Notes: a model not told the origin generated them from the letters alone. A stretch of DNA of 64,000 nucleotides from Deltaproteobacteria bacterium RIFCSPLOWO2_12_FULL_60_19 (GCA_001798595.1 MGSS01000051.1:6270-70269); one strand, 5' to 3'. Counted from the stretch's first letter, positions 1 through 9,277 are shown. Made by a program: numbers and translations.

Positions 1-96
1 AACGGCGATGACATTCGCTTTCTGCAGAATCTCGAAACCTCTCTCAAAGACGGAGACAATATCTCGATCGTCCCCGCCATCGCCGGGGGGCTGTAA
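1..96 (+). CDS. C-terminal fragment of a MoaD/ThiS-family sulfur-carrier protein (CysO-like). 5' end lies outside the window. The protein ends ...DGDNISIVPAIAGG-L.
   Basis: Frame 1 translates to NGDDIRFLQNLETSLKDGDNISIVPAIAGGL*. The DGD-x-I-x-I-x-P-x-x-GG tail is the hallmark of ubiquitin-like sulfur carriers. Stop at 94-96, 17 bp before the cysteine synthase start. Confidence 0.45.
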   Translation, partial: NGDDIRFLQNLETSLKDGDNISIVPAIAGGL

Positions 97-113
97 CCTC
101 CAGGATCGCTTTT

Positions 114-1115
114 ATGAGCAAACCGCTCACCGCCCGCTGGGCCGTCGCCGATACTTTCAGAGAGCCGAAAAAGGTGGAGTCGGTCCTCGATCTGATCGGC
201 GACACGCCGTTGGTCGAGATCCGCAAAATCGCTCACAGTATCTCTCCGGCAGTGCGGCTCTTTGCCAAGCTTGAAGGTTTCAATCCCGGCGGCTCGGTGA
301 AAGACCGCGCGGCGTTGAAAATGGTTCGCGAGGGCATCCGCTCCGGCAAGCTCGCGCAGGGGAAGACGATTCTCGATTCCACCTCTGGAAACACCGGGAT
401 CGCCCTGGCGATGATCGGGCGAGCGCTCGGCTTTCCCGTCGAATTGGTCATGCCCTCCAACGTCAGCCTGGAGCGCAAGCGAACCATCAACGCCTACGGG
501 GCGAAGATCATCTACAGCGACCCGCTGGAAGGCTCCGACGGCGCCATACGGCACTGCCGCAAAGTCCTGGAACAGAACCCGGAGAAATACTTCAAGCCGG
601 ATCAGTATTTTAACCCGATGAATCCCCAGGCCCACTACGAGACGACCGGACCGGAGATTTTTCGCCAGACCGACGGGGAGATCACCCACTTCCTCGCCGG
701 CATCGGTACCAGCGGAACCATCATGGGGACCGGCCGCTTTCTCAAGGAAAAAAATCCGCGCATCCGCGTCATCGCAGTCGAGCCGGACGATGCGCTGCAC
801 GGGCTGGAAGGGCTGAAGCACATGGCCAGCTCCATCGTCCCCGGCATCTATCATGAAGCGGAGCTGGATGAAAAAATCTCCGTCTCTACCGAAGACGCCT
901 ACGCGATGGTCTATCGGCTGAGCCAGGAAGAGGGCATCCTGGTCGGGCAATCCGCCGGCGCCGCAATGCACGCGACACTCCAAGTGGCGAGGAAATTAAG
1001 GGCCGGCACGCTGGTGACGGTATTCCCGGATTTCGGCGACAAGTATCTCACCACCAATCTATGGGTCGGTTGGCGCGATCGGATGGCGGTAGGAAACCTT
1101 ACGTTCTCTATCTGA
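114..1115 (+). CDS. cysM: PLP-dependent cysteine synthase (CysK/CysM family, O-acetyl/O-phosphoserine sulfhydrylase)
   Basis: 333-aa ORF. Lys-PLP motif region GFNPGGSVKDRAA, glycine-rich loop STSGNTGIALA, GIGTSGTIMG. Full-length cysteine synthase architecture. Confidence 0.85.
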   Translation: MSKPLTARWAVADTFREPKKVESVLDLIGDTPLVEIRKIAHSISPAVRLFAKLEGFNPGGSVKDRAALKMVREGIRSGKLAQGKTILDSTSGNTGIALAMIGRALGFPVELVMPSNVSLERKRTINAYGAKIIYSDPLEGSDGAIRHCRKVLEQNPEKYFKPDQYFNPMNPQAHYETTGPEIFRQTDGEITHFLAGIGTSGTIMGTGRFLKEKNPRIRVIAVEPDDALHGLEGLKHMASSIVPGIYHEAELDEKISVSTEDAYAMVYRLSQEEGILVGQSAGAAMHATLQVARKLRAGTLVTVFPDFGDKYLTTNLWVGWRDRMAVGNLTFSI

Positions 1116-1126
1116 GGCGGCGAGCC

Positions 1127-1384
1127 ATGAAGTCCCCGAAAGAAAAAGTCTGCGAGCGCGTCTATCTCACCTTTCCGAAGGATCTGGTGAAAGAGCCGAT
1201 CGTCTGCTGGCTGGCGAAAAAGTTCGATATCATCTTCAATATCCGGGGCTCCACGGTCACGTCGGAAATGGGCTTGGTAGCCATCGAAATCGAGGGCGAG
1301 CGCGGCGAGGTCGAGAAAGCCCTTCAGTGGCTGAGAGATAAAGGCGTGCTCGTCGAGCCGATCGAGAAAAACGTCATCGAGTAA
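1127..1384 (+). CDS. Small NIL/ferredoxin-like (ACT-like) domain protein
   Basis: 85 aa counted from the internal Met (MKSPKEK...). Matches standalone NIL-domain proteins (C-terminal domain of MetN). Start chosen to avoid overlap with cysM. Confidence 0.45.
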   Translation: MKSPKEKVCERVYLTFPKDLVKEPIVCWLAKKFDIIFNIRGSTVTSEMGLVAIEIEGERGEVEKALQWLRDKGVLVEPIEKNVIE

Positions 1385-1393
1385 GCCACTGCC

Positions 1394-1873
1394 TTAAGGT
1401 GTCGCGGCGGATATCGAGAAGATAAGAACCCCGCCTTCGTAGGCGGAGCCGCCGATAAGAAAGTTGCCGCGATTCGGCACCCTGACGGTGGTGTCCACGA
1501 TCGGCTTCTCCCCTTCCAGCAGCCGCACTTTCAATGAGATCCTGTTGTTGCGGTACTCTTGTGGCATGACCAGCAGAGAACGCCCGCCGGGGATTTCGAA
1601 CAGAGCGTTGGCCAGCCAGGATACCCTCTGGGAATCTTCTCTGAGCAAGCGGTAACAACGATACTTGATGACCTCGAGCTGCTGCTTCATTTTGGACAGC
1701 AGCGGATCCAGACAGTCCGCCTCGTTTGTGGCGACGATCGTTCCAATCTTCACCTGGACGCCGGGCTGGCTCTTCTCGGCCGCGCGGACAAGCCCGGGCA
1801 GCAAGACAAGCCAGAGACTAAAAAGCAGGGTCGGCGGAAGCAGGTTCAGGGGTGCTTTCTGTTTCGGCCTCAT
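1394..1873 (-). CDS. Secreted hypothetical protein (signal peptide)
   Basis: N-terminus MRPKQKAPLNLLPPTLLFSLWLVLLPGLVRAAE is a typical Sec signal. Lies downstream of the ECF sigma / anti-sigma pair. Confidence 0.4.
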   Translation of the reverse strand: MRPKQKAPLNLLPPTLLFSLWLVLLPGLVRAAEKSQPGVQVKIGTIVATNEADCLDPLLSKMKQQLEVIKYRCYRLLREDSQRVSWLANALFEIPGGRSLLVMPQEYRNNRISLKVRLLEGEKPIVDTTVRVPNRGNFLIGGSAYEGGVLIFSISAATP

Positions 1874-2357
1874 GATCCTCGAATAGCCAGATAATCGTCG
1901 TTTTGGTCTGCGATTCGCGAAGCAGCGCAACGTTCATCCCGTGACCGTCGATCGACTCGACAGACGCCAGGTTCGTTTGGCCGAAACCCAAGCCGGGAAC
2001 GAACCGCTCGAGCGACAGGACGCCTAAAAGCAAAAGGATGACCGCGGGGATGGCCCACGCCAGCCTCGGCGGAGTCAACGTCAGACGGAACCAATCGACG
2101 ACACGGACCTGCCACGACCGCTCCTCGACGATCCGCGCGTGCACGCCCGCCCAAAACGGCGCAAACGGGATGTTTGCGGCCTCGGCCGCCAGCGTGTTTT
2201 TCAGGGTGGAATTGATCCTCTCGATGCGGCCCTTTTCTCCGAGACAAAGAGGACACTGCTTGAGGTGAAGCTCGACCCGCTCTCCTACGACGGGAGCTAA
2301 CTCACCGTCCAGCCACGCCCCAAGGTGTTCCTGAATATTTGCGCAGCTTTCCATCAT
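1818..2357 (-). CDS. Zinc-binding anti-sigma factor (ZAS-type, ChrR/RsrA-like) with one TM helix
   Basis: HLKQCPLC (H-x3-C-x2-C) ZAS motif near the N-terminus. Hydrophobic segment AWAIPAVILLLLGVLSL. Start overlaps the stop of the upstream ECF sigma gene. Confidence 0.6.
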   Translation of the reverse strand: MMESCANIQEHLGAWLDGELAPVVGERVELHLKQCPLCLGEKGRIERINSTLKNTLAAEAANIPFAPFWAGVHARIVEERSWQVRVVDWFRLTLTPPRLAWAIPAVILLLLGVLSLERFVPGLGFGQTNLASVESIDGHGMNVALLRESQTKTTIIWLFEDHEAETESTPEPASADPAF

Positions 2358-2908
2358 AAATCAGAACCAAGTTTTTCCTGCAGCTTCTTCCGCGCGTAAT
2401 GAAGCCGGCTCATGACCGTGCCTTCCGAGCAGCCCACGATCCGGCCGATGTCCTTGTACGATAATCCCTCTATCGCTCTCAACACAATGACCGCTTTATG
2501 ATCGGGGGTCAATCCATCGATCGCCGCGCGCAGCCGGCCCCCAAGCTCCCGGTCCCGCACCTCCCGATAAGGGTCGCTTCCCATCTCTCCCTGGGCGAAC
2601 ATCGCGTCGTCGAAGTTTTCCGTCAGCTCGGTGCCGTTCCGCTTGCGCCGGCGCTGAAAATCGATCGCCAGATTCATCGCAATCCGGTAAAGCCAGGTGT
2701 AAAAACTCGACCCACCCTCGAAACGCTTGATGCTTTTGAAGGCCCGATAGAAAGCCTCTTGCGCCACGTCCATCGCGTCGTCGCGGTGATTCAACACGCC
2801 CAGGACCGCCATAAACACCCTGCGATAATATTTCGCCGAGAGCTCCTCGAAGGCGCCAAGGTCACCGTTCTGACACTTCCGGACGAGATCCCACTCGGCA
2901 AGCTCCAC
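2354..2908 (-). CDS. ECF (sigma-70 family, group 4) RNA polymerase sigma factor
   Basis: 184 aa. Region 2 (FYTWLYRIAMNLAIDFQRR) and region 4 HTH (LSYKDIGRIVGCSEGTVMSRLHYARKKL) are typical of RpoE-like sigma factors. Confidence 0.85.
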   Translation of the reverse strand: MELAEWDLVRKCQNGDLGAFEELSAKYYRRVFMAVLGVLNHRDDAMDVAQEAFYRAFKSIKRFEGGSSFYTWLYRIAMNLAIDFQRRRKRNGTELTENFDDAMFAQGEMGSDPYREVRDRELGGRLRAAIDGLTPDHKAVIVLRAIEGLSYKDIGRIVGCSEGTVMSRLHYARKKLQEKLGSDL

Positions 2909-3062
2909 AGCGATCCTTGCTATTTCGACGCCCTAAAGCGGCCGGTATTCAAACAAAAACGGTTATGCCCATCAAAAAGCTTGAATTTTTCGTTAGTTGC
3001 CATAGAATCTGTTTAGGTTGCGCTTGCCGGCCATAGGATTTCCGCCGGCAGGGAAGGAAACT

Positions 3063-4112
3063 ATGATCGTCCAGTGCCCAAGTTGTCATACCACATATCG
3101 AGTTTCGGACAACCTCATCACGAACGCCAATCCGACCTTCCGCTGCTCGCGGTGCAAGCACGTATTTGTCATCGCCGTCAAGCCTGCTGCGCCGGCTGAG
3201 GAGCCTGAAGCGAAACGGCCTTCACCCCAACCGGCATCTGAAAACCAAGAGTTAAACTTTTCCTTCCCTCCCGCCGAGCCGCCGCAGCCGGCACCGCAGA
3301 GCCGGGAGGATAGCGTCGTTCGTTTCGAGCCCGACGAGACGAGAAAACCTCCGGCAGAAACAGAAGAGCCGTCAACCGACGCTCCGCGCGTGGCGGATTC
3401 CTGGTCCATCGCCTCCCCTGGGCCGGCCAAGGAACAGCCCTTCACGATGATCGCGAAAGAAGATCCCGCGCCGGTCGCGAAGGCTCCCGCGCGGGCTCCC
3501 GTAGCGCGGGAAGAACGGCCCCAGCTTATCGTCAAACCGGCTCCCGCGCTCGAGCCTTCGATCGATTCGCCGCTCGATCAATCCCTCTCCACCGCCCCTT
3601 ATCTTGCGCTGTGCGCGGCGCTGTTCATATTTTTCTCCATCGTCGCGCTTGCTTACAAGGCGCAGCCAGCGCCGGTTGAAAGACTGCTGAAACAAATTCC
3701 CTGGCTCAACTCGTCGCTCTTTAGGAGCAACCACCTGCGCCGCGGTATTACAATCCAGGCGGTCGTCACCCGATTCCAACGAATACAAGGCAACAAAGAC
3801 GTCTTTGTCGTATCCGGACGCGCAGTCAATCACAGTCCCGTCAAGGTGCGCGAGGTCAGAGTGGAGGGCTATACTTTCGGCGCTGACGGGAAAATCATCG
3901 AACAGCAAACCACTATGGTCGGCAATGCTATTTCGGCAAAGATCGTCCGCGACCTCTCGCAGCAGGATATCGTCGCTCTTCAAAAGCAGCCGCCGGTCAA
4001 GCGATTCGAGCTGCCGCCGGAGGAGTCGTTGGGCTTCGCGATCGTGTTTTTCAAGTCAAGCGGCGACATCAAGAGCTTCAGCTTCAGGGTGGTGTCCGCC
4101 GAAGAGGCCTAA
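3063..4112 (+). CDS. Zinc-ribbon (MJ0042-type) domain protein with Pro-rich linker, single TM helix and DUF3426-like C-terminal domain
   Basis: CPSCHTTYRV...FRCSRCKHVF zinc ribbon. PAPAEEP/PQPAPQ low-complexity region. TM LALCAALFIFFSIVALAY. Start taken at MIVQCPSC. Confidence 0.5.
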   Translation: MIVQCPSCHTTYRVSDNLITNANPTFRCSRCKHVFVIAVKPAAPAEEPEAKRPSPQPASENQELNFSFPPAEPPQPAPQSREDSVVRFEPDETRKPPAETEEPSTDAPRVADSWSIASPGPAKEQPFTMIAKEDPAPVAKAPARAPVAREERPQLIVKPAPALEPSIDSPLDQSLSTAPYLALCAALFIFFSIVALAYKAQPAPVERLLKQIPWLNSSLFRSNHLRRGITIQAVVTRFQRIQGNKDVFVVSGRAVNHSPVKVREVRVEGYTFGADGKIIEQQTTMVGNAISAKIVRDLSQQDIVALQKQPPVKRFELPPEESLGFAIVFFKSSGDIKSFSFRVVSAEEA

Positions 4113-4309
4113 GGGGAGTTCTTTTTTTCCTTTTCCTGATCCTGTTTGCTGCCCGGCGTAACGTCGATTTCATCGGACTCCTTGATCGACCGGCGAAAGT
4201 TTCGTATGCCTTTAGCCAGTCCTTCGCCCAGCTCGGGGAGCTTGCGGCTGAACAGGATAAACACGAGCAGTAAGATGATCAGTAGTTCCCAGATTCCCAA
4301 GCCGAACAT
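4109..4309 (-). CDS. tatA: Twin-arginine translocase subunit TatA/E
   Basis: MFGLGIWELLIILLLVFILFSRKLPELGEGLAKGIRNFRRS is the canonical TatA N-terminal TM plus amphipathic helix. Internal Met chosen as start. Confidence 0.8.
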   Translation of the reverse strand: MFGLGIWELLIILLLVFILFSRKLPELGEGLAKGIRNFRRSIKESDEIDVTPGSKQDQEKEKKNSP

Positions 4310-4432
4310 AAATCCTCCGATGGTGGGCCATTCTAGAATACCCTCCCGCAGGATTGCAAGCATGATATCTTTGACAACCGCGACCTTCGCATCTGCCGGC
4401 GTTCCCTGCCGCCGCCACGGCCTTCGGCTCCC

Positions 4433-5500
4433 TTGCCCGATCCGATCGCAGGTCTAGGCATGCCCTTCGATCGACAGCCCACGATTTCCGTGATTGTTCC
4501 GGTGCATAACGGCGGCGAGAGCTTCCACAGGTGCCTGGCGAGCATTTTCCAGGCGACCCCCCCGCAGGAGGTCATCGTAGTCGCGGACGGAGACACCGAC
4601 GGCTCGTGGCTGGTTGCCGATCGTCTGGGCGCGCAGGTCATCCGGCTACCGGTGGCGGGCGGCCCGGGGCGGGCCCGAAATGAGGGCGCCCGCCATGCGG
4701 GCGGTGAGATTCTGTTTTTCGTCGACAGCGACGTCACGGTGCCGGCGGACGCGGTGAGTCGGGTTGCCGATCTCTTTGCGCGCGATCCTTCGCTGACCGC
4801 GCTGATAGGCTCCTATGACGACGAGCCCGCCGCTCCCAATTTTCTCTCCCAATATAAAAACCTGCTCCACCATTACGTCCATCAGTCGGCGCGCGAGGAA
4901 GCCGCGACTTTCTGGGGCGCATGTGGAGCTGTTCGCCGCGATGCTTTCACGGCGGCCGGCGGCTTCGACGAGAGCTATGGCAGGCCTTCGATCGAAGACA
5001 TCGAGTTGGGTTACCGCTTACGTCAGGCCGGCCACAAAATCCTTCTTTGCAAGGAACTTCAGGTAAAGCACCTCAAGCGCTGGGGAGTCTTGTCGCTGCT
5101 TAAATCCGATATCTTCGACCGCGCCGTTCCGTGGACGCAGCTGATGCTCAGGCACCGGCGTCTGCTCAACGATCTCAACCTCCGCACCTCGAGCCGAATG
5201 AGCGGGCTATTGTCTTTCGCGCTCCTCTCCTCGCTCGTCGGAGCGTTGTGGCGGACAGCACTGCTCGCAGCGGCGTTGGCATGCGGCATTCTTTTGTATG
5301 CTTTGAACGCCCCTCTCTTCCGCTTTTTCCGCCGTAAACGGGGGCTTACGTTCGCTCTCCGGGCTCTTCTCTGGCATTGGTTCTACTACCTCTACAGCAG
5401 CGCGGCTTTTGTTGCCGGCGTGCTGTTCTACCCGACTTGCAGGGGCATCTCCCGCGCCTCGCAGCCCGGCAAGCTGACTTCTTCGACAGGGAGACCCTGA
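4433..5500 (+). CDS. Family 2 glycosyltransferase (GT-A fold) with C-terminal membrane segments
   Basis: ISVIVPVHN, VVADGDTDGS, FVDSDV (DXD-like) and the ED-motif region IEDIELGYRL. Hydrophobic C-terminus. Confidence 0.8.
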   Translation: MPDPIAGLGMPFDRQPTISVIVPVHNGGESFHRCLASIFQATPPQEVIVVADGDTDGSWLVADRLGAQVIRLPVAGGPGRARNEGARHAGGEILFFVDSDVTVPADAVSRVADLFARDPSLTALIGSYDDEPAAPNFLSQYKNLLHHYVHQSAREEAATFWGACGAVRRDAFTAAGGFDESYGRPSIEDIELGYRLRQAGHKILLCKELQVKHLKRWGVLSLLKSDIFDRAVPWTQLMLRHRRLLNDLNLRTSSRMSGLLSFALLSSLVGALWRTALLAAALACGILLYALNAPLFRFFRRKRGLTFALRALLWHWFYYLYSSAAFVAGVLFYPTCRGISRASQPGKLTSSTGRP

Positions 5501-5509
5501 GCTTCCTTC

Positions 5510-7273
5510 ATGGATTCCAACCGAGTCGTGGTCATTGGGGGGGGACCCGCCGGCCTCACCGCAGCTTATCAACTGGCGAAGCTGGGGCGGCCTGCCACGG
5601 TGCTGGAAAAGCACCACATCGTCGGCGGCCTGGCCCGCACGGAAGATTACAAAGGCTTCGGCTTCGATATCGGCGGCCACCGCTTTTTCACCAAGGTCGA
5701 AGAGGTCAACCGCATGTGGCAGGAAGTCCTCGGGGAGGACTTCTTACGCCGGCCGCGATTGTCGAGAATCTACTACAACCGCAGGTTTTTCTACTATCCG
5801 CTGCGGCCCGTTAACGCGCTGATCGGCCTCGGTTTGTGGAAGAGCCTGCTGATCGTGCTTAGTTATCTCAAGTGGCAGATTTTCCCGCACCCGCGGGAGG
5901 AGACCTTCGAGCAATGGGTGACGAACCGCTTCGGCAGGAGACTGTTTCAAACGTTCTTCAAGACGTATACCGAAAAGGTCTGGGGCATCCCTTGCTCGGA
6001 GTTGCGCGCGGAATGGGCGGCGCAACGCATCCGCGGCCTCTCGCTGAAGACGGCGCTGCTCAGCATGTTCCTGAAGCCGAACCGAACCATCAAAACGTTG
6101 ATCGACGAGTTTCACTACCCGCGCCTCGGCCCGGGGATGATGTGGGAGAGGGTCAAAAGCGAGATTGAACGCAGCCACGGCACGGTAAAACTCAACTCGG
6201 AGGTCGTCTCGATCCAGCGAGAGGGAGATTTCCTCAGGCGTATCGTCGTTTCCAACCGCGGCCATCAGGAGATCGTAGAGGGTTCGGCGTTCATCTCGAG
6301 CATTCCCATAGGAGAGTTTCTCAAAAAGCTCGACCCTCCTCCGCCGCCTCGCGCATTGGACGCCGCCGAGGGCTTGCGTTATCGCGACCTCCTGGTTGTC
6401 TGTCTCATCCTGGGGCGGCCCCGCCTCTTCCCCGACAACTGGATCTATGTCCACGAGCCGGAGGTCAGAGTCGGACGCATCCAAAACTACAAAAACTGGA
6501 GCCCCGCTATGGTGCCCGACTCGTCCAAGACCAGCCTCGGGCTTGAGTATTTTTGCACTCGCGGGGACGATCTGTGGCGCATGTCGGACACGGAACTGCT
6601 GGAGCAGGGCAAGCGGGAGCTGGCTCGCATCGGTCTGGCGCGCGAGGAGGACGTCGAGGACGGCTGCGTGCTGCGCATCCCCTACGCCTATCCCGTGTAC
6701 GACGCCGGCTACCGCGCCAACCTGGCGCTGGTGCGGGAGTTCGTGGAAGGACTCAAAAATTTTCAAACCATCGGCCGCAACGGCCTGCACCGCTACAACA
6801 ACCAGGATCACGCCATGCTGACCGGCATGATGGCTGCGCGCAATCTGGTCTTTGGCGAGCGCAACGATCTCTGGAGCGTCAACACCGACCAGGAATACCA
6901 CGAGGAAGCTCTGATCGACGGCAAGGCCCTCGAAGAGGCGTTCTCCCGGATTTTTCTCAAGCTCGATCGCACGGCGTTCGGAGTGGCAGCGGGTCTGGTG
7001 TCGGGCGTGTTGCTGTTCCTGGTAACCCTCGGGGTGGTGATCAAGGGCGGCGACCTCATTGGCCCGACGTTGCAGCTCTTGCGCTATTATTTCCCCGGCT
7101 ACACCGTAAGTCCGGCGGGAAGCGTTATCGGGTTATTATATGGTCTAATAACCGGCTTTATCGGAGGCTGGCTCTTTGCGTTTCTACGCAACGCCGCGAT
7201 GTTTCTCTATCTGACCCGGTCGTACCGGAAAGCTCAGCGCGGGTTGCTGCGGCGATTCTTCGACTACACATAG
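5510..7273 (+). CDS. NAD(P)/FAD-dependent oxidoreductase (amine-oxidase/phytoene-desaturase-like fold) fused to a C-terminal 2-TM module
   Basis: N-terminal Rossmann motif VVVIGGGPAGLTAAYQLA...LEK..IVGGLART. The C-terminal ~95 aa contain two TM helices homologous to the downstream small ORF. Confidence 0.7.
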   Translation: MDSNRVVVIGGGPAGLTAAYQLAKLGRPATVLEKHHIVGGLARTEDYKGFGFDIGGHRFFTKVEEVNRMWQEVLGEDFLRRPRLSRIYYNRRFFYYPLRPVNALIGLGLWKSLLIVLSYLKWQIFPHPREETFEQWVTNRFGRRLFQTFFKTYTEKVWGIPCSELRAEWAAQRIRGLSLKTALLSMFLKPNRTIKTLIDEFHYPRLGPGMMWERVKSEIERSHGTVKLNSEVVSIQREGDFLRRIVVSNRGHQEIVEGSAFISSIPIGEFLKKLDPPPPPRALDAAEGLRYRDLLVVCLILGRPRLFPDNWIYVHEPEVRVGRIQNYKNWSPAMVPDSSKTSLGLEYFCTRGDDLWRMSDTELLEQGKRELARIGLAREEDVEDGCVLRIPYAYPVYDAGYRANLALVREFVEGLKNFQTIGRNGLHRYNNQDHAMLTGMMAARNLVFGERNDLWSVNTDQEYHEEALIDGKALEEAFSRIFLKLDRTAFGVAAGLVSGVLLFLVTLGVVIKGGDLIGPTLQLLRYYFPGYTVSPAGSVIGLLYGLITGFIGGWLFAFLRNAAMFLYLTRSYRKAQRGLLRRFFDYT

Positions 7274-7285
7274 GAGGGCTCTGCT

Positions 7286-7603
7286 ATGGCTGATGAAGAG
7301 AAGCGGCTCGAAGAGGTCATTCTCACGCGCCTCGTGCGGCTCAATGCCAAGATCCAGGGGGTCGTGGTCGGCCTGATCGCCGGAATCGGACTCTTCGTTG
7401 CCACCAACTGGCTCGTGTTGAAGGGCGGAAAGGCCGTCGGCCGCCATCTCTCGCTCCTGGGGCAGTTCTTCATCGGCTATAGCGTGACCTTTTCCGGCAG
7501 TTTGCTCGGCTTTGCTTATGCGTTCGTGTGCGGTTATATCATCGGGTATTCGGTGGCTCGAATCTACAATTGGATCGCAGATCTCAAGGAAGGAAAGTCT
7601 TGA
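7286..7603 (+). CDS. Small 2-TM membrane protein, paralogous to the C-terminal module of the preceding oxidoreductase
   Basis: VVVGLIAGIGLFVATNWLVLKGGKAVG...FIGYSVTFSGSLLGFAYAFVCGYIIGY aligns with VAAGLVSGVLLFLVTLGVVIKGGDLIG...FPGYTVSPAGSVIGLLYGLITGFIGGW in the upstream protein. Confidence 0.4.
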   Translation: MADEEKRLEEVILTRLVRLNAKIQGVVVGLIAGIGLFVATNWLVLKGGKAVGRHLSLLGQFFIGYSVTFSGSLLGFAYAFVCGYIIGYSVARIYNWIADLKEGKS

Positions 7604-7646
7604 TGGTGAGTGCCGCACGAGCCCTATCGCCTGACGGAATACGACC

Positions 7647-9257
7647 GTGAAGTTTCTCGATGATCTCAAGATGTACTGGCGCTTTGCCAGCGGGCTGCGT
7701 AGCTTCCTCCGTCATACCATTTCCCTTGAGGAAGCCCGAGCCATCGTGCGCAAGCGTATGGCCGATCGGGAAAAGAATTTCCTGCGCGTTGTTGAGCGCG
7801 GAATTTTCGGCTACCGGCGCAGTCCGTATCTACCGTTGTTGAAGCTTGCTCAAGTTGAATTTGGCGATATTCGGCACATGGTGGGGTCGAAAGGGCTCGA
7901 AGGGACGCTCCGAGCGCTGCGCGACGCGGGAGTTTACATCTCCTTCGAGGAGTTCAAGGGGCGCGCGCCTATCGTGCGGCAAGGACGAGTGATTCCCGTG
8001 CAGGCTCACGATTTTGATAATCCTTACCTCGGCCACTACTACCACGTCGAAACGGGCGGGACGACCGGAGCGGGGACGCGAGTCGAGATCGATCTGGACC
8101 ACCTGGCTGCGATCGCCCCTCTCTACACGTTGGCCGACCACTCCCACGGCGTGCTTTACGTGCCCCGTGTGATTTGGTTCGGCATTCTGCCGGATAGCTC
8201 CGGCGTAAACAATATTCTTGCATACGCGCGCTCAGGCCAGCTTCCCCGGAAGTGGTTCTCGCCCGTCGTCGGTCGTGATATCAAACCGGCGCTCAAGCAT
8301 CGTCTTGCCACTGGTTACCTTGTAGCTATGGGACGAATCTTTGGCGTGCCGGTCCCATGGGCCGAGGCCGTCAGAATCGAAGACGCGGGGACGGTCGCTC
8401 GCTGGGCGGCTGAGACTCTAAAGACGGATGGCAGATGTCTGATCCGCACGCATATCAGCAAGGCGCTGCGCGTCTGTCTGGCCGCGAGGGAGGAAGGACT
8501 CGAGCTCTCCGGCGTTACTTTTGTGGGCGGCGGTGAGCCGCCCACCGCGGGGAAGGTACAGGTCATCATAGGCACCGGGGCGCGCTACGTCCCCAACTAC
8601 TTCTTTACCGAAGCCGGTATCGTAGGAATCGGCTGCGCACGGCCTGCCGCCGTAAACGACATTCACCTCTTCAAAGACGTTCTCGCTCTCATCCAATATC
8701 CGCGTCAAGTGCCCGGCACGGAGATGAGCGTCGACGCTTTCCACTTCACCACTCTGCTGCCGACCGCACCCAAGCTGATGCTCAATGTCGAGAGCGATGA
8801 TTACGGTATCATCGAAACCCGCTCTTGCGGCTGTCCGTTAGAGAGCTACGGTTTCACACAGCACCTCCGTGACATCCGCAGCTTCCGCAAGCTCACCAGC
8901 GAAGGTGTAACGCTGGTAGGCGGCGAAATGATCCGCATCCTGGACGAAGTCCTGCCGGCGAAATTCGGGGGCAGTCCTCTGGACTACCAGTTGGCCGAAG
9001 AAGAAGACGAACAAGGCTTTACCCGGCTAAGCTTGTTGATCAGTCCAAAGATAAAGATTGCCGATGAGGCGGCGGTCATCGAGACTGTGCTGGAGGCGTT
9101 GGGGCGCAGCAGTGTTGCGGCAGACTTGGCCCGAGCGCACTGGAGTCAGGCGAAGACGCTGAGGGTGAAACGGCAAGAGCCGATCTGGACAGCTCGAGGA
9201 AAGCTCATGCCGCTCCATCTCGCAAGACGCGCTGACGGCTCAACCGGTTCCCGTTAA
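7647..9257 (+). CDS. PaaK/coenzyme-F390-synthetase-like adenylate-forming enzyme (ANL superfamily), paralog A; GTG start
   Basis: 536 aa. ETGGTTGAGTRV resembles the SSGTTG P-loop of phenylacetate-CoA ligase-like enzymes. About 70% identical to the ORF at 10376-12025. Confidence 0.55.
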   Translation: MKFLDDLKMYWRFASGLRSFLRHTISLEEARAIVRKRMADREKNFLRVVERGIFGYRRSPYLPLLKLAQVEFGDIRHMVGSKGLEGTLRALRDAGVYISFEEFKGRAPIVRQGRVIPVQAHDFDNPYLGHYYHVETGGTTGAGTRVEIDLDHLAAIAPLYTLADHSHGVLYVPRVIWFGILPDSSGVNNILAYARSGQLPRKWFSPVVGRDIKPALKHRLATGYLVAMGRIFGVPVPWAEAVRIEDAGTVARWAAETLKTDGRCLIRTHISKALRVCLAAREEGLELSGVTFVGGGEPPTAGKVQVIIGTGARYVPNYFFTEAGIVGIGCARPAAVNDIHLFKDVLALIQYPRQVPGTEMSVDAFHFTTLLPTAPKLMLNVESDDYGIIETRSCGCPLESYGFTQHLRDIRSFRKLTSEGVTLVGGEMIRILDEVLPAKFGGSPLDYQLAEEEDEQGFTRLSLLISPKIKIADEAAVIETVLEALGRSSVAADLARAHWSQAKTLRVKRQEPIWTARGKLMPLHLARRADGSTGSR

Positions 9258-9277
9258 GGATTGACGATCGCCGGATA

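Noticed and set aside
5744-6901. 385-aa ORF antisense to the FAD oxidoreductase
   Set aside because: No motifs. Overlaps a gene with clear Rossmann signature on the opposite strand.
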